19,694 bases of DNA from Candidatus Micrarchaeia archaeon (lineage in GTDB: Archaea; Micrarchaeota; Micrarchaeia; Micrarchaeales; CABMGC01). Shown here one piece after another: positions 7,615 through 16,819 of this stretch. The notes below the pieces were generated by a model. The model worked only from the letters and a program-made list of their open reading frames with translations. It made no database searches and was not told the DNA's origin. The translations under genes were made by a program, and so were the position numbers. The number at the start of each line of letters is the position of its first letter. Positions within the stretch are counted from its first letter, which is position 1. The DNA is taken from NCBI GenBank assembly GCA_049964835.1, contig JBMFWW010000011.1, positions 1 to 19,694 on the forward strand, written 5' to 3'.

Positions 7615-10600
7615 TTACCTTTTGCTACCCTTGCCTTTTTTCTTTCCGAAGAAGTAATAGTACAATGCGCCAAGTATTATTACCAATACTATGACTTCTG
7701 CTATAGGTAATAACACATTGTTACTATTATTGCCGTTGCTACTTCCGGATGTATTCTGCGATGATGTTGAGTTTTTCTGAGTAGTTGTTGGTGTTGTAGT
7801 AACTGATGTTTTTGTGGTGTTTGTAGTTGTGTTCTTTGTTATTGTTTTGTTTGATGTGCTTACATTGGAAGGAACATTTTTATTAACTGTCTTGTTTGAA
7901 GGCTTTGTATTTGTAGTTGGGCTCTTTGGCTTTTGTGTGTATAGATACACCGTTGCTGTGTTTTGCAGTGGTAGATATGATATTGCAGATAGCTCTACAT
8001 AATACGCATTGCCGTCTATTGTGCCTATCGATACTGATTGGTTTGTAAGCTGGAGAGTGTATGGATTTCCATTTATCGATATTCCTACCTGAGAAGGTGA
8101 GATAAAGTTCATAAGTAAATTAAATGTTGCATTGAACTCTGTAACCGAAGTCGTAGCTGGAATTGCGAAGTTGGTTATCTCATAACCTACATCTGTTGCA
8201 TTGGTGAAATTGAGTACAGTCGGATGTGGTGTTCCTCCTCCGCTAATGCCTCCGCCACTACCTCCGCCTCCACCGCCAGGAGATCCTCCTGTGTTTTGTG
8301 GTGTGGTTGTTGTTGGCGCCTGTGGTGTTACATTGAATATTACAGAGTTTGAAGTAACACTCACTCCTGCAGCATCTTTGACCAGCACTACTGCAAAGTC
8401 ACCTCCTTTCATTGAGGTTGTAGCGGTTGTGGTAAATGCATTGCTTGATTGATACCCTGATGAAGTTATCAGAGTATTTGTCGTTGTATTCAATATCTCA
8501 AAATTGTATGTGTATGGATAGGTTCCTGTACTTGGAACCGTACTTGATAATTGTATTGATTGTCCAGAGGTAAATGAATTGGCATTTATTGTCAAAGTAG
8601 TAGGTTGTAATGCACTGTTTATTATTAATGTATTTGATAATGTCTCATTTCCATTAGCAGAATCTTGTACAAACGCATTGACTGTGTATACACCCGGAGT
8701 TGTCAGATAAGATCCTGGAACCAATATTGAGTTATATGTTGTTTGTAGAACATTGCTGCTATCTGAAGCAGGAACATTGGATGACTCACCTGTGAAGATT
8801 GTGTTTGATGGACCTTTTATTGTGTAAATAAATTTATATGGTGGTGTACCTCCGTGTATCTGTGCAGTTAAAACAGTAGACTGACCTACATCAACCGTTT
8901 GGTTTGATAACACAAGCAATGAACCCAAAGGTGGATTTATTGTTATTTTTTTTGCCGTTGAATTGAATATTGTGCCGGTTGTTTCATCTGTTGCTGTTGC
9001 ATTATAAGACAAAGATATTGGAATGACTGTGTTAACTCCAAAACTTATTGTTCCTTCGCCGTTTTTAGCTATTGTTATATTTGAGCCTTCTTGTTTTCTT
9101 CCAGTTATATTATAAAGCTCTACGTTAAATGGTCCTACTCCGTCGAATACTTGTATAGTAAAGGTCTCTATTTGACCGCTGTCTAATGTCTTAATTGAAG
9201 GAGTAAGTATTACCGTTGGCGTTGCTGCTGAACCGACTAAGAAAGCATCGGATTCTCCGCTGTTTATATTTTCATTAGGCGTTGCATTATCGTATATATT
9301 CACAGTTGCATAGTATATGCCATTGTTTGTTGGAGTGTATATGATACTGTTTCCAAAAGAGCTGTTTGTCTTTGTTGCGGTATAAATTGTATTGCCCGTA
9401 CTCTCATTGTGGACCGTAAATACATAAGTATATGGAGCTGTTCCTCCAAGGCCAATTATATTGCCACTTATCATTACTGAATTTCCTAATGATAAGGTTG
9501 TTGTATTTACTGTTGCGCTTGCTCTGCTGTTCTCATCAAAGTTGTTGTTAACTATGAAGAAAGCATTGTTGGTTGAGGCTGAAAACTCAGGCGTTGATGC
9601 GCTGTCTTGCACCAATACATTTCCATAGAACAATCCAGTCTGTGATGCAGTAAATGAGCATTGATTTGAACCCCATTTGCACGTAAATAAGTTCTCTGAT
9701 GTATTCGCATTTGTAGCCTCAAATTTGTAGATATATGGTGGTGTACCTCCAGATACGGAGTTTGCTGCAAAATCCACAGTTTGACCCTGATCAAAGTAAT
9801 AACCGCTAACTTTAAGGCTTGTGCTTGAAAGTGGCTTTGAAACTGATATAGTACTTGTTGTTGAGTTGAAGGTAAATGGAGTAGTTGTTCCAGAATCTGT
9901 TGCTGTTGCATTGTAAGAGAAGGTACCTATTTTTGTTGCCTTGAAGGTTATGGTTTTGCTTGATCCTGAAGGTATTGTGAAGGTATCTACAAGCTTTTCT
10001 TTGCCCGTTGTGATGTTGTAAAAGTTGACCTCAAATGGACCTGCTCCTCCAGTTACTGAAACGGTATAAGTTTCATATTGATTTTGATCCAGCAATGTAT
10101 TGCTTGGAGTTATTGTTAAAATAGGCGTATTTTCAATAGTTATATTTGAATTGAGAAGTATCTTTCCAAATGTAGGGGCGAATGCTCCGCCGAACATTGC
10201 ATTGTCAGTTACAGTAGTTGTAAGCTTTACAGAGCCATTTGTTGCATTATTTGCAGTAAATGAACAGATACTGTTTGAAATAGTAGATCCAGAACCATAA
10301 ATACCTCCGCAACCATTAAGTACAGTTATATTTGTGAACTTTGCAGGTGATTCACTATTTAACTCATTAGAGGTAGATGAACCAAAATGCCCTTGTACAT
10401 GATAGTTTAGATCCCAGTTGTATTCATATGGAGGTGTTCCGCCAAACGGATTAACAGTATAGGAGTACTGCTGCGTTGGATCAAGTATTACATTAGGGAT
10501 GAATCCTGTTGATGTTGCATTAATATCTGGATTTATTTGTACATGTATGGCGTTGCTAACATTTTCCATAGGCATTCCATTTGAGGAGTCTATTGCAGTT

Positions 10601-13600
10601 ATATATGCTATGTAATTGCCAGGTGTGGCATTTTCATAAGTGCCAAATGAACAAGAAACACTAGATAATACAGTGTAATTACTACATAATAATATGCCAT
10701 CCTGTGGTGGTAGACCCTTTATAACACTATTTATGCCAGATATTGAGTAAGGTGGTGTACCGTTAAATATATTTAAACTTACATCGCCACTATATCCAAA
10801 ACCTGCATCTGTTGTTATGTTGCTAGGACTATAGATGAAGTTAAGTTTTGGATTTATGAATACATTTTCATAAAGCGATTTTGAGATTTCTATTGGTAGC
10901 GTGCTTGCAGATGTGCCTATGTCGGTAACTGAACTATAGAAGACATATGGTAATACAAGATTTACATTAACTGAAGAACTTACTGTACTACTCTTAAGAT
11001 CACTTAGAATTACTTCTAATTCAGTTCCATTAACAGAAAAGTTAAGCTTGCTTGAGGAATGTATAAGATTATCACCAGGTACTGAGATAGTTTTTGCTAA
11101 CATACCATTGTAGAATATAGATAATCCAACCTCTGCAGGTGAAAAGGTAATGCTGTTTATCTCTACCTTATAATTTCCATAAGAGATACTATTTCCAGAA
11201 GAAAGTGTAGTATTTCCTGTTGATCTGGATAATGAATTAGCGCTTATAGTAAGAGTATTTGATACTGCTCCAGATATTGGTTTAGGTATGCCGGTGGTAT
11301 TATTATACCATTGATAAGAGTACATACCCGTACCTCCTGTTCCTGCTGCAGTAAAGGTTATATGTTGACCAAGATCAAGTATTTGATTTATAGGAGTTAT
11401 TATTACTGGACCTAACGCTCCATAAACAGTTACATTTGTTGATGCAGTTTCGTTTGCTGGAGGCTCTGCTGAAGGCGTTGTTGTGCCACTGTCTCTTATG
11501 TTTACCGATATGTTTTTTGTACCAGGTGTCTTTGGAGAGTATACGCAGGTATTTGTAGTACAAGAGGTTATAACATTTCCATTATCATACCAAGTATAAA
11601 CATAATTGGATGATGAAGTTCCTCCCATTATACTTGCCGTAAATGTCTCAGATTGACCTATATCCATTTTTGTATTTAATGGGGTTAAGGTTATTTTTGT
11701 TAGATTTGCATAAACTGTTATTGGACCCGCAGATGCATAAGATATAGTGTATGGTGTTATTGGTGTTGCTCCTGCAGATACTCCAATATCCTTAACTGTG
11801 ACCTCAAAGTTGCAGTTGCTTGTTGGTGCTGTTGGTTTATACACAAACGAGTCGCTTGTTGATGAAGTAAAGCCAGGACATGATGAAGTAGGTGAAGTTC
11901 CTGGTGCTACGGTCCATAAGTATGAGAATATTCCTGTACCGCCAGTTACTGATACTGATACAGGTATACTTTGTCCTACGTCCATGTTTGTTTTAGTTAT
12001 TATATTTGTTATTGAGTTTGGATCAGAATATACCGTTATAGTATTTGGTACTGAATTGAATACATAACCAGAAGCGCCAGTATCATTTGCAGATATATAG
12101 TATGTATCAGTACCAATAGGTGGAGTAAACATAAATGAAAGAGTATTGCCATTTACATTTCCTAAACTATTTGCATAGGTATTATTACTTTGTATAATCT
12201 TACCATTCTGAAATAGATTTATTTTAAATGGACCAATGCCATTATAAACAGTAACCGAGTATGTCTCGTTCTGTCCACTGTCAAGAACTGCAGCACTTGG
12301 CTGTGAAATTGTAACTGTTGGAACGGTATAAGTTATTATGTCTCCGGTTATTCTTGGACTTGATATGCTATTATCTGTCATTACCTGACCATTTGGAGGA
12401 TATATGGTATAGGTATATGTATCGCCCCATGTTGGGAAGTTTATTCCTGCAGTGCTTATTGTAAAGTATTCATCTAAGTAGTGGCTGAATGTTGAAGCTG
12501 GAGAGTACTTAGATTTATCTTGATCTGAGTAGGTGCCCAAAAGTATGTATGATCGAGTTCCATTATTATTGAATGGTGCTATAAAGTTGCCGTTTGTGTA
12601 TACTGTATTGCTACCTGGAGTGAAGGTTGCATTAAATGTTAGATCTTCAGAGCCGGTTATCTTTGCAACTCCATTATTAGGTTCTACAACACCTGCACCT
12701 GGACTTAATGCACCTGCAAAGGTAGTTGATATACCATTATCTGAGATATTTGCTACATAGCTGTTATAAGTAAATTCTGAATTTGCTGGAATTGATACCT
12801 GCCAAACTTGCATCTTTCTTGTTAAGTTATCAAGTGCCCAGTAACCGAAATTGCCGCTGTCCGGATCATTAGTTATATTTGCAGTAACATCAAGAACCAA
12901 CTTGTTATTTTTAAAGATATTATTTACAGTAACTGAAGCGTTATTTGTTGAGTTAAATGTAAATGGCGTTGATGCGCTGTCAGTTGAAACTAGCTTGAAG
13001 TAATATGTACCTCCTGTTGTCATTGTTGAGATATTGAATAAGAAAGTTGGCTTATTTGCATTATTTATTGGTTTAAATATTGATGAGCTAGGAGTTTTTA
13101 TGTACCATTGATAAGTAAATGGTGGAGTACCACCTGAAATATTGCTGCTTAGAGTAGATTCTTGATCTGCGTGTATAGAGCTATTTGACGTAGTTATAGA
13201 GGAGGTTGGGGCCTGATTTATTTTTATATATGCATAGCTAGATGGCGCAATATCAAAAGGTGTTGTTACACCAGAGTCAAGACCATTTACATAGAATGTA
13301 TTTTCTGATAATGATGGTACAAAATTACTAAATGTCTGCACACCATCTCCTGCGCCGTTAACATATTTTAAGACATTATTATTTGGTGATACGTACAATG
13401 CAAGTGACATATCGTTGCTGCTGCCTCCATTTATTATTACATTGAATGTTTCAGATTGACCCAAATCTATTATTGCGTTGCTTGGAGTTAAATCTGAAAG
13501 TGATGGTGTTGAGTATATTGTTATTGGACTGAATGTTCCAGTTACGGTACTCTTTGGCGTTGCATAACTAGAGGTGCCTACATCAGTTACTGCAACCTGT

Positions 13601-16146
13601 ATAGTACAGAGTCCTGTACTTAATGGAGTGTAGGTTATAGTATTCGTATTGCTTGATGTAAGTCCAGGACATGACGGTGAGGTACTACCTGATGGAGATA
13701 CCGTCCACAAGTATGAAAACTTACCAGTGCCACTAGAAACTGAGGATGCCAATGTTGTAGATTGACCTACGTCCATCAATGTGTTTGATGGATTTTGTAC
13801 GCTAATAGTCTGGATAGGATATACCGTTATATTAGCAACATTTATGCTGTTTGAATTGAAGCTTGCATCGTCAGTTACCATAACGCCTATTTTTATTTTA
13901 GTATTTGTAGTTGGAGTGTAGGTGTAAGTATTTGATGTTGCACCACTTATAAATGTATTTGATGTACTTGATACTGTGTACCATTTATATTTGTATGTTG
14001 ATGGTGACCCCGTTCCTGGAGTTGCAGTTGCCGTGAATGTAACTGATTGACCAACGTCCATTGTTGTATTTGTTGCAGGCGTTATTGATACTGTAGGATC
14101 CGGATTAACTACAACAGAAGTAGGTGTAGATATTTTTGTTACAGGCGTTGATGCGCTGTCCTTTACAAAAAGCTCAAAGTTATAAGTACCTGTAGATGTA
14201 GTTAAATTTGTTACAAAGTTATAAGTAGGTAACGTAGCATTAGTTATATTAGTAAATGTTGTTGCTCCAGGAGCTTCTTCTGCCCATTGATAAGAGTAAG
14301 GGCCTGTTCCACCATTAGTCATATTTGTTAATAACGAACTTTGTCCCACATCTATTGTACTTTTAGATGCGGAAGCTGAAATAGAAAGCACTTTGTTAAC
14401 TATAACCAAACGTGGATCTGAGAAAAGTGAGAAATTAGCTGCATCTGTGGTGTTTACTTCAAAGTCATATTTACCTGTTGGTGTAGAAGTTGATGTTTGA
14501 AAATTACAAAAGGCGGTTAATGCATCTGTATTTACTGAGTTTACTGAACCTGAAATTGTAGGACATAGTAAACTTAAGGTTTTAGAGTATGTACTACCGT
14601 CGTATGAATTAAACCATGTCCAAATAAATGGAAGTACACCGCTTTGGCCCGTACCGGTTGTATAGATGTATGTAAACTGCCCTTGATCTACTACTGTATT
14701 TGAAGCTGCAGGCATAGGTGTTCCGAATAATGTTTGAACTGTATCGAAGTTAATCTTAGGTAGGTTAAATCTTTTTGGAGTTGCTATATATGCGGTTCCG
14801 GTATCTCTAAAGGTACCTGTAATATTTACATCGCTAGCTTGAGAGTTAATAGTTTGTAAGGATATAGTATTGGAGAATCCATTTGTCGCATTTAATAATA
14901 CAACTGCAGAAGGACCATAAGAGACATTATAATTATAAAAATTAGATGCATAACAATCTAGGAGTGTTCCTAAACTTGTCGGATCACAGTTTAAGAACAC
15001 CTTTATAGGAGCACCTGTGCCACCAGTTGATGAGATATGGAACGTAAGAAACTGTCCCGCGTCTGTTGAGTAAAAATTATTATCATATATTGCATTGCTT
15101 ACAGCTATGCTTACAACAGGAGTAGGATATACGGTCCAATTTGATGAAGTAGAAATTGAGTATCCTGTATTTTTATCAGTTATGTTAAATATTGCATTAT
15201 ATGTTCCTGGTTGTGTTGGAGTGAAATTGTACTTTGTTGAAGAAGAGTTTGATAATGCAGAATTAGATGTTACTTTATAACCATTATAAAGTAATGAGTT
15301 AGATATTGAATAACTTCCACTTCCTGAAATTATGTTCAAATTAATTATAGCATTTTGACCTATATCAAGATTTTTATTTGTAGGATATGCAGAAATTGAA
15401 AATGGATACACAGTTAAAGTTACTGTGTTTGATGTTGTTACTCCATATTGATCTACATATGAAACGGTAACTTTAGCGTTTGTTGTTGTAGATACGGAAT
15501 TAAATTTTATAGGACAAGATATTTGACTAGTATCTTGAACACAACTATTCTGGTCAACTGTGAATAAATCAGAAGGATTTGATGTGAATTTAATATTTGA
15601 AGGATTAAGAGAATTTGTAGCTCCGTTAAGTGTTGCAGTTCCTATTACGTTCTGACCTTCATCAAACTTACCGCTTGTTGGAGTGAATGTCAATGATGGT
15701 GCAGGATTAACATAAAATACCAACGTATTAGATACAGTATTTGAGGTAGTTGTAGAATCGTTGAATTGATAAGAAACGTTTGCAGTATAACTTCCAGGAG
15801 TTTCAAAAGTTACTGGACAAGAAAATGTAACTGTGTTTGGTGTGGGTGTGAAGGTCGGAGATATTGGATAACCTGGTGCATCGCACGTAGATATTGCATT
15901 TTTTACATCAGGAGAATTTGATGTAAAGGTTAAATTTGGAGGAGTAAATGAACTTATTCCATTTATACTGCTTCCTGAGATTGAGATTGTGCCATTTACA
16001 GTTTGACCTACCTCAAATGAATTTAAGTATGGTCCATTTGTTGTAAATGAAACAGAGTTAGCACTTACAATACCAATAATCATTACGCTCAAAAGAGCCA
16101 TTACCAAAAATAATCCTTTGTTTTTCAAAACTCCTTTATTCGCCAT
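7615..16146 (-). CDS. Giant (2843 aa) membrane-anchored cell-surface protein with about 22 Ig/PKD-like modules; putative adhesin
   Basis: Signal peptide; about 22 modules of about 100 aa with D-x-G-Q...GG-x-x-PY-x-Y-x-W...V-x-D pattern; Gly-rich and Thr-rich linkers; C-terminal TM (IAEVIVLVIILGALYYYFF) and basic tail; SD GGAGGT upstream. Confidence 0.9.
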   Translation of the reverse strand: MANKGVLKNKGLFLVMALLSVMIIGIVSANSVSFTTNGPYLNSFEVGQTVNGTISISGSSINGISSFTPPNLTFTSNSPDVKNAISTCDAPGYPISPTFTPTPNTVTFSCPVTFETPGSYTANVSYQFNDSTTTSNTVSNTLVFYVNPAPSLTFTPTSGKFDEGQNVIGTATLNGATNSLNPSNIKFTSNPSDLFTVDQNSCVQDTSQISCPIKFNSVSTTTNAKVTVSYVDQYGVTTSNTVTLTVYPFSISAYPTNKNLDIGQNAIINLNIISGSGSYSISNSLLYNGYKVTSNSALSNSSSTKYNFTPTQPGTYNAIFNITDKNTGYSISTSSNWTVYPTPVVSIAVSNAIYDNNFYSTDAGQFLTFHISSTGGTGAPIKVFLNCDPTSLGTLLDCYASNFYNYNVSYGPSAVVLLNATNGFSNTISLQTINSQASDVNITGTFRDTGTAYIATPKRFNLPKINFDTVQTLFGTPMPAASNTVVDQGQFTYIYTTGTGQSGVLPFIWTWFNSYDGSTYSKTLSLLCPTISGSVNSVNTDALTAFCNFQTSTSTPTGKYDFEVNTTDAANFSLFSDPRLVIVNKVLSISASASKSTIDVGQSSLLTNMTNGGTGPYSYQWAEEAPGATTFTNITNATLPTYNFVTNLTTSTGTYNFELFVKDSASTPVTKISTPTSVVVNPDPTVSITPATNTTMDVGQSVTFTATATPGTGSPSTYKYKWYTVSSTSNTFISGATSNTYTYTPTTNTKIKIGVMVTDDASFNSNSINVANITVYPIQTISVQNPSNTLMDVGQSTTLASSVSSGTGKFSYLWTVSPSGSTSPSCPGLTSSNTNTITYTPLSTGLCTIQVAVTDVGTSSYATPKSTVTGTFSPITIYSTPSLSDLTPSNAIIDLGQSETFNVIINGGSSNDMSLALYVSPNNNVLKYVNGAGDGVQTFSNFVPSLSENTFYVNGLDSGVTTPFDIAPSSYAYIKINQAPTSSITTSNSSIHADQESTLSSNISGGTPPFTYQWYIKTPSSSIFKPINNANKPTFLFNISTMTTGGTYYFKLVSTDSASTPFTFNSTNNASVTVNNIFKNNKLVLDVTANITNDPDSGNFGYWALDNLTRKMQVWQVSIPANSEFTYNSYVANISDNGISTTFAGALSPGAGVVEPNNGVAKITGSEDLTFNATFTPGSNTVYTNGNFIAPFNNNGTRSYILLGTYSDQDKSKYSPASTFSHYLDEYFTISTAGINFPTWGDTYTYTIYPPNGQVMTDNSISSPRITGDIITYTVPTVTISQPSAAVLDSGQNETYSVTVYNGIGPFKINLFQNGKIIQSNNTYANSLGNVNGNTLSFMFTPPIGTDTYYISANDTGASGYVFNSVPNTITVYSDPNSITNIITKTNMDVGQSIPVSVSVTGGTGIFSYLWTVAPGTSPTSSCPGFTSSTSDSFVYKPTAPTSNCNFEVTVKDIGVSAGATPITPYTISYASAGPITVYANLTKITLTPLNTKMDIGQSETFTASIMGGTSSSNYVYTWYDNGNVITSCTTNTCVYSPKTPGTKNISVNIRDSGTTTPSAEPPANETASTNVTVYGALGPVIITPINQILDLGQHITFTAAGTGGTGMYSYQWYNNTTGIPKPISGAVSNTLTISANSLSRSTGNTTLSSGNSISYGNYKVEINSITFSPAEVGLSIFYNGMLAKTISVPGDNLIHSSSKLNFSVNGTELEVILSDLKSSTVSSSVNVNLVLPYVFYSSVTDIGTSASTLPIEISKSLYENVFINPKLNFIYSPSNITTDAGFGYSGDVSLNIFNGTPPYSISGINSVIKGLPPQDGILLCSNYTVLSSVSCSFGTYENATPGNYIAYITAIDSSNGMPMENVSNAIHVQINPDINATSTGFIPNVILDPTQQYSYTVNPFGGTPPYEYNWDLNYHVQGHFGSSTSNELNSESPAKFTNITVLNGCGGIYGSGSTISNSICSFTANNATNGSVKLTTTVTDNAMFGGAFAPTFGKILLNSNITIENTPILTITPSNTLLDQNQYETYTVSVTGGAGPFEVNFYNITTGKEKLVDTFTIPSGSSKTITFKATKIGTFSYNATATDSGTTTPFTFNSTTSTISVSKPLSSTSLKVSGYYFDQGQTVDFAANSVSGGTPPYIYKFEATNANTSENLFTCKWGSNQCSFTASQTGLFYGNVLVQDSASTPEFSASTNNAFFIVNNNFDENSRASATVNTTTLSLGNSVMISGNIIGLGGTAPYTYVFTVHNESTGNTIYTATKTNSSFGNSIIYTPTNNGIYYATVNIYDNATPNENINSGESDAFLVGSAATPTVILTPSIKTLDSGQIETFTIQVFDGVGPFNVELYNITGRKQEGSNITIAKNGEGTISFGVNTVIPISLSYNATATDETTGTIFNSTAKKITINPPLGSLLVLSNQTVDVGQSTVLTAQIHGGTPPYKFIYTIKGPSNTIFTGESSNVPASDSSNVLQTTYNSILVPGSYLTTPGVYTVNAFVQDSANGNETLSNTLIINSALQPTTLTINANSFTSGQSIQLSSTVPSTGTYPYTYNFEILNTTTNTLITSSGYQSSNAFTTTATTSMKGGDFAVVLVKDAAGVSVTSNSVIFNVTPQAPTTTTPQNTGGSPGGGGGGSGGGISGGGTPHPTVLNFTNATDVGYEITNFAIPATTSVTEFNATFNLLMNFISPSQVGISINGNPYTLQLTNQSVSIGTIDGNAYYVELSAISYLPLQNTATVYLYTQKPKSPTTNTKPSNKTVNKNVPSNVSTSNKTITKNTTTNTTKTSVTTTPTTTQKNSTSSQNTSGSSNGNNSNNVLLPIAEVIVLVIILGALYYYFFGKKKGKGSKR
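9590..9606 (+). repeat. 17-bp exact repeat GGCGTTGATGCGCTGTC, copy 1 of 3 (others at 12965-12981 and 14144-14160)
   Basis: Read directly from the sequence; encodes DSASTP on the minus strand in each copy. Confidence 0.9.
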
Positions 16147-16153
16147 TTAAGTT

Positions 16154-16159
16154 ACCTCC
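16154..16159 (-). promoter_or_regulatory. Shine-Dalgarno site GGAGGT of the giant gene
   Basis: 7 nt upstream of the ATG at 16146. Confidence 0.75.
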
Positions 16160-16298
16160 ACGGTTTTCCAAACCTTTATTTAAACGTTATAAGAAATGGT
16201 ATTTTATTTCCTGTCAACGAAAATTAATAATGTAAGACCCGATCTCCACACCGAAGCCTTAAGAGTTGTACCAAATCATAAAATGATTAGAACCAGAT

Positions 16299-16315
16299 TA
16301 TATAAATACCTTTCT
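16299..16315 (-). promoter_or_regulatory. BRE-TATA promoter candidate for the giant gene
   Basis: The minus strand reads AGAAAGGTATTTATATA, which implies a 5'UTR of about 130 nt. Confidence 0.55.
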
Positions 16316-16397
16316 TTTTTTTCAAAAACATATTTAAAACTTTGTTTTTTATTGGTCTTTAAATTTAATTTTTAAAAATTAAATATATTTTAATAAT

Positions 16398-16493
16398 TTA
16401 TCTTATCTTTTTTGAGCCATTTTCATATTGCTTATCTTTGGATAATATTGGATAATAATCTAATTGTTCGGCCCTGCCCAACGCTTCGGCCAT
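16398..16493 (-). CDS. Candidate 31-aa small protein MAEALGRAEQLDYYPILSKDKQYENGSKKIR
   Basis: ATG...TAA frame, GC-rich 5' part in AT-rich surroundings, TTATATAA at 16520-16527 and AGTGA just upstream of the ATG. Confidence 0.3.
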   Translation of the reverse strand: MAEALGRAEQLDYYPILSKDKQYENGSKKIR

Positions 16494-16778
16494 ATTTTCA
16501 CTGTTATACATTAATAATTTTATATAATTAAATACTAATTAATTAAGGCATTAGCAAATTAAATAACTTTCGCTGTTTAGCAATAGTGGATTTTGTTGGT
16601 TTAATTTTATTTTTCAAAAAGTCAGAACTCATAAACGAACTTTTACTTTTTAACCAAATAATAATTATGTAAGACAGCAATCAGGTATAGCCTTGTTTAA
16701 AAACTATGGATTTTTGGACAAAACATTGAGTTTATAAAAAGCTGATTTAGATATTTAGGGGGTTTTATTAATTATTTT

Positions 16779-16800
16779 AAAAATAAAAGAAAAAAAATTA
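16779..16800 (-). terminator. Oligo-T terminator of the 91-aa gene
   Basis: Same 22-mer as 7580-7601, 19 nt after the stop at 16820. Confidence 0.6.
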
Positions 16801-16819
16801 CACAAGTTTATAAGTTATT

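Noticed and set aside
8230..8290. CCN-rich microsatellite-like tract
   Set aside because: Encodes the Gly-rich linker with mixed codons; not a perfect repeat.
5083..15280. Val-rich plus-strand ORFs and short alternative-frame ORFs within the surface genes
   Set aside because: By-products of Thr/Asn-rich codons on the coding strand.
7615..16146. CRISPR array or diversity-generating retroelement as the source of the repeats
   Set aside because: The repeats are 17-19 bp, in frame and kilobases apart; I saw no TR/VR pair with adenine-specific mismatches and no RT or cas gene.
16543..16632. 29-aa minus-strand ORF MSSDFLKNKIKP...
   Set aside because: No SD or suitably placed TATA box and no motif; expected by chance.
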